Shown here: piece by piece, positions 53,202 to 64,000 of the stretch
Numbering within the stretch: the first letter of the stretch is position 1
Layout of the letters: every line of letters begins with the position of its first letter
Source of the DNA: Lingula anatina
Taxonomy: Eukaryota; Animalia; Brachiopoda
Direction: 5' to 3'
Assembly: GCA_051362555.1 (NCBI GenBank)
Contig: CM120642.1
Span: 12,648,001-12,712,000, forward strand
Length of the DNA: 64,000 nucleotides
Translations under genes and position numbers: made by a program
The notes under the pieces: generated by a model
Databases searched by the model: none
Seen by the model: only the letters and a program-made list of their open reading frames with translations
What the model was told of the DNA's origin: nothing

Positions 53202-56200
53202 GCAGGAGCCGCTAGCCCTCCAAAACAAGGTAAATGATCAATATACAATACGTTTGTTTGCCTTTGTTTGCCATTTTAGCAAGTATTATAATTGTAGCAG
53301 TTTGATCCAGTTTTAATATTGCTTTTGGAATAGAAGGAATTAAATGATGCTTAATTATTATGTTATTTTACTTCAATTGGTTGTAGTTGTTTTATTTATT
53401 AAAGAGCAGGCTCTTTTTAAAACAGATTCTTTATCGGGTTAAAAAATTAGAATTATCCGTTTCTTGCATGCATTTTGGTGACGTTCGATCCATTCTTGCA
53501 AAACCCAAAACCGTAATTTTTTTCATTTAGGAGTGTTTTTTTAAATTAAAATCAAGTTAAAACCTCTGCCTTAGTTATGATACAAATATCTCTATGACAA
53601 CCCCATTGTGTGTTTTATGAATTATTATACTCTGTAAAATACAACTGTGAAATATGAAAGGCGGGCAATGCGTACGTGATGACGGTAAGCCAAGAGTTCA
53701 CAAGAAATTATGCAGTTTTAAATTGTTGAAACTAAGCTGATATATTCTGAGATGTTAGACTATACATTGGATTTTAGTTAAATGCATTAGAACGTTCGTT
53801 GTAACGCAATTTCTCTAGACGTTTTATCATGCTCTGGTATTTGAGGCATTTTTGTGTTGTGTACCTCCTAATAAATTGATCAACAATACCATGTGATAGT
53901 TGCAATTTCAGTTTTTGAGAGAGAATACTGGTGAAATCTTCTTCAAATTTTAAAACTTTCATTGTCTTACTTATCTATATATAATTTATTCTGTTTCATT
54001 GCAAATTTTGTTTAATATTGTTTTTTATGTCAACTTCGATGTCTAATTCTAAGCGGCATTGGGAGTGGCATGCCCTTGCGCTTAAGAAAAATTAGAAAAA
54101 TTAGAAAAATTGTTTTGCTACATGTACTGCACCTATACTGTGTAGCGCTGATTGTGCAGCCTTGACATTTGCAGCATTGTCTGTATTTTATTTTTAGATT
54201 GCACGAATATTTAAACAGCGGAGCGTCATGTAATTTTAAAGAGACGTCTTTTGTATAAAAAACTCTGAATTGTGTATGCTGAGGACGTTAGCGGAGTGGA
54301 AGACCTTGACTTTGCCAATTCAGGCAGCCTTATCTCTGCGTTGAATATTTAGGGAGTACTCCAAGAAGGCAGATCTCTGCTAAGGCAAAATGTACATATT
54401 AACAAACTAAAGTAATTCTTTTAAGATATCTGGAGGCGTGGATTCAGTTGAACTTGGATTCGCTTATTTTCCTCTTGAATAATTGTTTATCCTGAAAACT
54501 TCACCGTTTACGTAATTGGTGAAGAACTGTTGAAATATTTACCCACAAACGTACAAACGCCAATGAAAACATGTAATTTACTGGCATTGGTGGAATGGCA
54601 CCGTGTGACAAGCGTTTGCGAGTTCTTAGTCCCGGAGAAAGTCTAGCTACGTGCTTCTCATCTCTGAGAACGTCAAGCCATATGAAACTGCCTCGCATCA
54701 GGAGAATCGGCAGGACAGGTCAGAAAATGGCGGAAGCGGCATCTCAGGCCACAAGAAAAAAATTAGAAAAACTGCATCACAGGACAGTGCGTTCAACTCT
54801 TTTGCTAATAGGTGGTGCAGTAACTTCAGGTTCCGCTAGAATATACTGTATAAAACGTGTCTGCAAAGAGTCATAGTTAATTATTATTTTTAATTATAAT
54901 AATATTAAAACTTTTTAGATTTTCGTCAGCAGGTGCTATGTTATAAGATGAATCATTTTTTGCTTCAATCAACAGATTATTTGGAAATTGTTTACCTACA
55001 ATATTTTGATGTCTGTCTAGAGCATCTTCCTGATGAAGATATTGAAAAAACCCTACCCGTATCTTCAATAAACTGATTGAAGTTTCCGTGAGGGATGCCT
55101 TGTGTCGTCAATGATGATTAATTTTATATAAGTTCAGCTATAGCTTTGAAAAACTGTCATACCCATATAGCAATAACGTATGAGTAAAATTGCCCAAACG
55201 AGGACAAACCCAAGGGGTCCGTTAGTTTTACGTCGAATGCTTCTTGGGTACGTAGGCAATTGTACCCTTTGTTCAAGGGGGAGCAGGGAAACGATGGTGT
55301 ACGTTCGCATACCCGGAGGAAGATAAAATGTTCAAAAACAACTTTATAAGTTGCTTGCATAATCATTTTTATACGATGGAAAGAGGGTGATAGCATACGG
55401 TCAAAATTGTGCTTAGAATAGATGTCACATACGATACTCATACGAACCTCTTTACGCTTGGTGTGACAGAGCCTTTGCTCAGATTGTGCCATTTTATCTC
55501 AACAACCGCAATGGTTTGAATGGTTGTAAGTCCGCCCAAGCTCACTGACACATATAAATGTAAGATGAGAGCAAAGAGGCTTCGTGTAGGGTCCCACATC
55601 TTCTAAATATAGTCTAGTTTTAGATGAATACATGCAGCACAGATCTTACTTTTACTGGTAGTTGTCCGCATAGGGACACACACTACTGATGTTAATTCGA
55701 AAACGATATGCATAAGTTCTACCCTAATGAAAATAACAGGGATGAGGGTTGCAGAAAGTGTCTATAGGGCACGTGCGTTTCTTTCTTTTTAACCAGTTCA
55801 ATATATGATGATAATAATAATATTTTGAACTACCAGATATGACTTTGGAATTCGTGTCAAACGAAATGGTAAACGCCATTTAAAAATACATCATCGTAAG
55901 CTCTAATGTTTTCTAGTCATTTTGATTTCCCTGTAGATTGTTACAGATAATAAAATGCATCAATTGGCAATTATCATCCACACAGCCACCAGAATGTCAT
56001 TTTAAATGTCTTTTTTACATTAGGAGAAATCTCATTTCATGCTTATATGGTCGTTAGTTAAATCTGGAATTTTCTGGTCAAATATCCCTAGTCAAACGCT
56101 TCTCTTGAAAGGGCATATATATAGCGTAAATTGTTCACGTCGCCTCTATACGGCGCAGAAAGCCGAGTGAAATGCAATAAAGAACACGTACTTCATCTTT

Positions 56201-59200
56201 TGTACAGCCTAATTGCAAACATTTGCCTATTCTAAGCGAAAAGACAATATGGGGAGATAGAGAAATTATAGAAAAGATGCCTTGAATTCATAAACCGTGC
56301 ATTTGGAGTATAATAACGCTAAGTACTAATATATGAGCCTGATGAAGTTGATTGACGTCAAGGGAGTGTTGAATGGTGGAAGATCTAAAGGAAATGGATT
56401 TGTTTTGAGAAAATTGCGTTTATTTTGGTTGACACACATAACAGATTTTGTCGGTTTTATGCCCCGTGAGTACGAAATGATAAAGAAGTATTTAATGTAG
56501 CCAGAAACAAATGGCATTCCTTAATAACTTTAGCCCCGTCGGAACATTCAACGATGGTTTATACTTCCTTTATTAAGAAACAAATATTCAGACAATCTCC
56601 GGTATCCGTCAGCATAAAGAAAACTGATTTCGTCCCGTCATGCCGATAACATTACCAAATGAAGATATTATCTTAAGAAACGCATTTTAATCGTTTCTAT
56701 ACAATTTAGTACTTTGAATATTTTAAAATATATTTTGAACGACGAATAATTTTATCAAAAGTGAACGTTAAAAAATAAACGCCCTCCGCTGGTTACAGAA
56801 GGTCAGTGTTACAAATGAAGCAGGTTTTATACGTTATTCCATCTCAAGTCTTTGTACAGATTGAATAAATAATTTCGAACTAGTGTTGATTTTTACCAAA
56901 ACAATTGACAGCCACTGTTCCCTGTTAATTTAAGTTATTTTCATCTCATCACTTACTTTACCACCATATACCGGACAAGATGTACATGTACATTCTTAAG
57001 GGCGCCAATACATGGCAGTGCAGCCATACCCTAGCTGCAATTCTGATTAACATGTACATGTACAAGATGGCAGAACCTTAACATATATATTACTTGTTTT
57101 CAAAAAAATTTTCTTGGCAATAAAATTATGCTGTTGTTTTAAACTCTCAAATACACTGTTTCTCGCGACTTTTGTTAGGCCTCGCACAATATGTAAGAGA
57201 AAATACTATGGCTGCCCGCTCTTTTTGCTTCCTTGTTTGCATTTTGAAAAGTCAGGTGAGGCTGTCTTCCCGTTCATTTTCAGGTTCAATATTACAAAGA
57301 ATATATTTCTCTCAGTTGATAAGTACAATCGGTGTAGCTACTGTAAATACATGTAGATGTACCAAGCACCCGGTATACGTTATCTACATATGTACCTTAC
57401 GAATGCCCGTGTTACATGTATCGTTACCTGTGACATGCCTTTTAAAACATATGCGCGCGTTCATTCACACGCACGCACGACAAGCATGCATGCTTTGTGG
57501 GGAGAGAGTTAAACATTCACATGGTGACAAAATGAAGAGAGAAGAAATGAGGAGGGAAGCGTAGAGAAGAGAGACTGTTCATCTAGTTTATTCCAATGGG
57601 ACAAAAACATCAGAAACCATACATTAGACGGCTGCGTGTATGTTGGTTAAATGTTTAGGCGTCTCAAGATGACGAGTGTCCCGCGAGTTCCAAGAATATA
57701 GTAGGAGGTTGTACTCCCATGGATTCTGTTATCCATCATTTGTATACATCCTGTATTTCGGAGCAATGGTAATGTCTCTCTCTACCCAGCGCGGGCTCTC
57801 CGTCAGCCTGAGTATCAGGGTATTGACTCCAGCTTGCAATTGGTCTCCAATACCAGCGTGCAGTACATGTACTGGTACAATTCCCGACTAGATCAATATT
57901 TAACTCCGACGAGTAGATTATGGTTTCACTTCTGTTCGTCTTTCTGTCTGCCTGTTTGTTTGTCACAAAACAAACTCAAAAAGAAACACATAAGATTTCG
58001 GTGGTGATCACAATCCACCCAATTTCCATCCTTAATACAGTATTAGTAAAACGCGACACTGCACAGGTTTCGTTTGCTTTTTTGTCTCTATCCGCCCTGT
58101 TTTGATTGCGCCATAACCTACGCACCTCTGGGTTCTCACGAATATTTGTAAATACTCACTCAAGACTATGTTACGTACTTATAAGATTTCACATTGTACT
58201 AATTCCGCCCACTGCAATAGAACAACTAGCACATTCAATAACAATTATTAACATCGTGGCCTGTGTTTTACCCTTGTCATCAGTATGGGAACTACATGTG
58301 TAATGCACCAAACAAAGATGTTATGTGTCTGTGGTAATATACGCGTTATTCGTTTTTAGGTGTGTTTTTCGGTAAAATGCGAGTACATTGTACTTTCTCT
58401 CGGTATCTATGTCAAACGATACCCTGCCAATATATGCCTTTAACACATCACGCTGACGTTCGAAGTGTTCTAGAATATATCGCTCGGGTGACAGTGTATT
58501 TTCTCACACAGTAGTTGACTCTGTATCTGTGGTTTAATTTATAATGCTCTCTGGGTGCTTCTCTAGTCAGTATTATTGTTAACTTCCTCCAGAGAGTGAA
58601 GGAGAGCTAGATTAAGCAAATCCTAGCTTCCTCTGTGCACAAATGTGCACTGTAAAGCCATTCTTCCTAATAACGCTTCCCAGGGAGGCGAATTTTAAAT
58701 AATTCCAAATGCTTCTTCTCGTTTCCTTTATCAACGGGAAGGGAAGAGGTATTCGACACACGAGACCGTCACCATTTATTTCAAAAGGGAGCCAGGTTAT
58801 ATATGTAGGAAAAAAAGAACAGCTGAGAATGTATAAAATATTGTGCCCAACGCATGGAAAATGGCAATAGTTTCAGATTAGATCAACTGTTTTAACAGAA
58901 TGTCGCTTTTCTCAGAAAAACCATCGGCAGCTGAAAGTTAACGATCGCAATATCCACTGCTTCGTTAAACCAGTTCCTGGAAATAATTATCAATGATGGA
59001 TCATCAGTGCCGTTGACTTCTGGTGTATACAAAATGTGTTAATTTCTTAGAGATTCCGGGCCATTCTTAATGATCTAAAATTAGGTCACCTTATCCTCTG
59101 GCGATTTGAACGGATGGCGCAACAAATGCATGGCACATGCGCAACTTCAGAAAGTCAAATTGAATCCGTTCAGCTGAACTCGTATTTATGTGTGCTGGTA

Positions 59201-62200
59201 GGGAAATATAGATTTTTGGCAAGAATGATACTACACACATCAGTTTTATATTTTGTTCAAGTACAATTGGCTGAAAGAAGAGATTTACCAAAGAGATCAG
59301 TAAATTTGTGTGTGTGTGTGTGTGTGTGTATGTGTGTATGTGTGTGTATGTGTGTGTGTTTAATAAAGTGCTGAGATATAGCTGGACGCAGATTGAAAAA
59401 AAGCACCTTCGTTTACAATTACACTTAGCCAACACCTTCTTAAAAGTTACACGTACTTACATCAACATAAACAAAAACAAAACAAATCACATGTATGTAG
59501 ATACTGGCAGTTTACTAAAAATAATAGATCAAAGTTATTCTTAGGTTGTGCACCTGTCTAATTGGCAACTGAATTCGCTCAGGAAAAAGGGCAAATGCAT
59601 AGAAACGGTCTTAATTAACTTAACGTTGCATTCTTACAGTATAAATAGGTTTTTAACCTTTGCAATAAAAGCCAAGGCCTCTAGGTTTATAACAAAGTAA
59701 ATGTACAGAATGAATGCTAATACCACATAAAAGAACTTAGAGCGACAAAACGTTTGCAGTACTTTTATCTACATAGATTTACATGTACATACTGCATGTA
59801 AATGCAAAAGATTTCTATCATAGAAAAAATGAATAATTGACTCCTGAAAATGGCCTCACATTCTTGAGATCTTGGATTCCTCTTAGTATCTTGGAATATA
59901 TGAAAATAATGATCATGCAATGAGCTTGTTTGAGTGATCGTACTAAAGAAATAACCAGTGGCCAAAAATTGATTTATTAATAAAAATGCTATTCAAGAAA
60001 TGAGGTGGTATTACCTATTAACGCTACCACGCATTGTGTTTCGGTTTAGTGTGAATTAAAAGGGGCCGATGGCAGATCATAAAGATATTCCATATGGATA
60101 ATTCAGCAAAATCAAATAATTCTTGATATATAGGAAATGGGTGTCAGCCACCAAACTAAATGAGCTGTCTCTCGGCATCCTGTTTTGGTATTCTCGCAAA
60201 TCCCCAAGAAGCTGGAGGAGCCGTGTGCAAATTCAGGATGCGTATCCGCCACTACCCCGAGCACACCCAAAAGTGAATATACAATTAGTATTGCAGAATG
60301 ATTCAGGTTGTTATAAGAGAGAGAATCTATTTTGGGCCTCCTTAAAATTCTGGAACCAGTGTAATATCCAAAATGCATGTCCATAGACTGGTTTTAAGTC
60401 TTGGGGTCAAGTGACACGCACCCTAGCTTTGTATTTTGAACATATAGAGTATATATAACAATATCCTTCGAGCTTCAGATTAAATAAAACCACTTCAATG
60501 CGGAGACTCATACTGGGGCCTTCACAGGAAGGCGACCCTTGTTCCTCTTTTGTGAGACTGAGACTGGCCAGGTACGTAGCTGTTGAAGCCCCAGTTGTCG
60601 TTCTGGTCGTGTACCATACAAATATTGCGAGTATACTCCTATTTATTGGACAATTCATTTTCGGTACAAATATTGCATTAAGTTGTTAATCGCCTGGATC
60701 ATTAGTTCATTATCAATGTTCTAAAATGGCAAAATTTGGCACAGCTGTGGAATAATGAAACTTCTAAAGGCCCCATATCCAGATGATAGATTGACGTCTT
60801 AAATTTGATAAAATTCGTAAGATGAGAAGGCCCAAGGTTTCAAGTTAAAATACTTTGCCGACAGTCATGCAGTCGAACAAATTTGTCACGGCATTAATCG
60901 TGATTTGTGTTCGTTACAATATATCAAAACACTCACTGGTGACATAAAAACGTTAAATTGCGTGATTAAAGAAACATATTTTGCACAAACATGTATGTGT
61001 CATTTATGTGTGCATGGTTAAGATGCACTATAATTATTGTTAGTCATAAGTATCATCTGCTTTTGATACATGTTAATGATTAGTCAGATTACAGAGAAAA
61101 ACATACTGGTGAGATGTGTAAATGTGAGGGGATTTTTTTGACACATTTTCCGATAATCTGATAATTTTCCAACGAAGCTTGAATAACCGTTTTCAAATGT
61201 TTCATCTGTAAAGGAAAACAAAGATATATACGTGCTACTTCATTATCACTGCAACTTTGCCAATCGACAACAGGACGATTTTGCTGACTTTCTCCAGTCT
61301 GTCATTCCCACCTCATTCCCATCTCAAAGTGTAAAGGTGTTCTCGTTATGTTTAGGGCATTTTTGCAGTTTCTTTTGTCGTTAGAGTAACACAGCACAAA
61401 CCTCTTTCTTCCTAATCTGAGGGTCGTGTACAGACGTTTTTTTTTTTATAAATTTCTTGGAAAATTAGCCTTTCCATCACTTTTGTTTTGCTTTTGACAA
61501 TTAAAGCCAATGAATCCCACCGCTATCTGCTTTCGTGGAAACTGTTGTTTGCTGTCTTTCAACCTCGCAATTTCTGAAGAAAGCAAAATGTAAGCCACCA
61601 TTAAAAAGACGGCAGTGCCATATCTTTATGGATTATTTGAACCGCTTAACAAATGGAATGCATAATCTTAAATGACACTGTCATTCTTCAGACATTTTCA
61701 GGTATAGAGTCAGAACTTTTTACCCTTGCCAAAATGAGATGCATTGGACAGCTTTTAAATATTTTGAAGGAATATTAAACTTGATTTCTTCTCAAATTTC
61801 TGTCTAATGCATCGTGAAAAATTATTACTCACCTACTTCTGTCTCAAAAAGAAGTAGGTTAACGGATCATTATGGTAACAAGAAAAAAATAGCGACATAA
61901 AAAGGCCCGTTGTCTTCCAGTTTAGGGAGGAAGTTGTGATTCTGTCTGGGTCCAAATGCCGCCTGCCAATGCCTTCAGCAGAAGAACAGAACCTGGTCTA
62001 CACGCCAGGTTGATATTCGTAAGGACAAAACCTTTACGAAATAACCGCTGGGGTTTTCATTCATTTGGACATGGTAACCGGGTTACATGTTGGTGTCATA
62101 TCTTTAAGCCCAACTGGGTCCAGAATACCACCACCTGCCCGGCCTTTTGAACATGCCGAATTTGGTCAGTCAATCTAGCTGGGGAATCATCTAGAACCCA

Positions 62201-62972
62201 CACTTATAACATGAAAGTGCGTTTTCACAAAATCTTTTTGTGGTGACTGTATTCAAAACAGGTCTGAACTACAAAGGAAAACTGTTTCAGCAGACGAATA
62301 TACTACAGGCTTCCAACATAAACCAGCCTGGGTTAAGTAGTTCGACTTCTTAACATTAATAAGATTGGCCTAGTTCTGAAACAGATCGAATGCACTGCCG
62401 AGGTGCCAAGTAGCTTTCAGTCTTATTGGAAATGCAATCTGATTCTATAGTGTTCGTGGTATTCAAAAGAATCTTTCGCTTGCGCTGTTCAAACCAATTT
62501 GCCGTGAAAACAGCATTTCTGGCAAAATACCAAATGTTGTTACACAATGCTGCTTAGCACATTGCATTTTTCAATTTTTTGATGGCACCTGGTACTGTAG
62601 TAGTGCATACAGATTGATTTTCACCGCTAGCTAGATCCGTTCACCTTTTCCCTTATTATAAAAGATTCATCTACATGCCACCTGCGTCCTCTCCAAAAAA
62701 AAAAAAAAAAAAAAAAATGGTAGAGGTTCTAAACTTACACCTATGGAATAGCAACTGGATCGAATGTAACGGCTTGACAAGATCTACCAAAAACATAGGC
62801 ACAAATTGTCCACTTAAATTTCAGGACACTTTGTTCTATGTGTTCTGAAAGTAACGCATAAGTGTTGGCCCTAGAAATGTGACATGTTCGAAAAAATTCG
62901 AAATACACACATGTAATTTTTGACACTATATGTTGTCTATTTTGTTAAAGATGAATAACCCCTATTCTTATA

Positions 62973-62976
<4 letters not shown>

Positions 62977-63024
<48 letters not shown>
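62977..63024 (+). repeat. Long poly(A) tract
   Basis: About 48 A. Other homopolymers at ~62696-62717 (A), ~63919-63946 (C) and ~37381-37422 (C then A). Confidence 0.9.
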
Positions 63025-63032
<8 letters not shown>

Positions 63033-64000
63033 TTTCTATACTTATCAACTATTGATGAAGGTTAATCATACTCAGATGACTCACAGAGTTCCTGAAATGA
63101 TGTATTTTGCTTGTGTCAGAACGAGAATGAATGAGAATGAGTAAAAGTGAAAATTCTGAGGCAATTTGCTTGAACAGGTAAAGCCATAGATTGCCAGATA
63201 GCTTTCAGTCTGTTCACGCAAACAGGTTCTCAAGAATGGGCAGGCCAATCCAAAAAAAAAAATCATTCATTGATTTTTGACTTGTTGAATAACGGCATCA
63301 AACATCCCTTCTATTCCCATATTCATGAATCTACAGCGTATCTTGAACGGTTCTACTCTGGTGAGGCCGGTTGTTTTTTAAATGCTCCACCTTTTTAAGA
63401 GAATGGATAAAATATTTTCTCTACTTAAAGCTGACTGTCAAAGTTATTCATGACTTTAACACCGATACAGACAATCATACATGTATAAATCTTACGAGAC
63501 CCCCATTAAATATTGACGAAGGAAATGAAAGCAATGACAAGGCTTGTCAGGATTCAATATTTATCATCAAGAAAACTACATGTGCACAACTGAACCACAA
63601 ATGTCAAAAAATTAGGCTAACGGATCATATGTACAAAGCTCTAAGTAGTTTGAATAAGAACGGAAATTTCACTGTGCACAATTAACAAAATAATATCAAT
63701 AGATAAAGTACCATCATGTAAGCATATGACTTAGGCCTATCCTTTGTTAGTCATTTTCTTTCATCAGTGCACGTTTTATGTGTTGCCAAGTGACATTTCT
63801 CAAATCACCGCTTGCAATATTCTACTGTTTTCTTCAAAAGCAAGTAAATCTAAATTTTGACACGAAAAGGAACTGGAGATTAGACGTTTTCTGCGTCGAC
63901 TGAGTGTTCCAACTAATGCCCCCCCCCCCCCCCCCCCCCCCCCCCCGAAAACGAAAGACAATACTAATGTGCTACTAAAAAATCGTTATTACGTTAAACT

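Noticed and set aside
54501-54760. THAP-like words (CRFRHF ... RKRLSHGAIP) on the minus strand
   Set aside because: The two words are in different frames and no N-terminal CxxxxC was found. Too weak to call a THAP/P-element remnant.
57660-57890. WITESMGVQPP segment reminiscent of BEL/Pao Gag-Pol linkers
   Set aside because: Single short resemblance with no RT, protease, integrase or LTR nearby.
60112-62550. GC-richer patches with short ORFs (60.1-60.7 kb, 61.9-62.55 kb; also 17.1-17.3 kb and 55.2-55.5 kb)
   Set aside because: The frames I translated contain stops or lack recognisable motifs. Probably old repeat debris that needs BLASTX to say more.

Overview
AT-rich animal (eukaryotic) genomic DNA with GT-AG introns and many microsatellites. 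The gene content suggests an invertebrate, probably lophotrochozoan or mollusc-like (inference, not proven). I reconstructed seven protein-coding genes by hand, with consistent splice phases: (1) the 5' end of a minus-strand Cys-loop GABA-A alpha/Grd-like receptor subunit; (2) an orphan His-rich 216-aa protein; (3) a 6-exon HSD11B1-like SDR; (4) a 12-exon GALNT10-type polypeptide GalNAc-transferase, head-to-head with the SDR; (5) a 3-exon secreted protein with a signal peptide, acidic pro-region, furin sites, a Lys-rich domain and a Thr-rich mucin array; (6) a convergent M28 zinc peptidase with bacterial YfbL-like motifs; (7) an intronless divergent class A GPCR. The window also holds a full-length but dead DD34E Tc1 element, several MITEs, and a ~1.5-kb tandem duplication directly upstream of the GPCR. 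The most interesting candidate system is the GalNAc-transferase / polycation-mucin precursor / secreted peptidase cluster at 22-44 kb.
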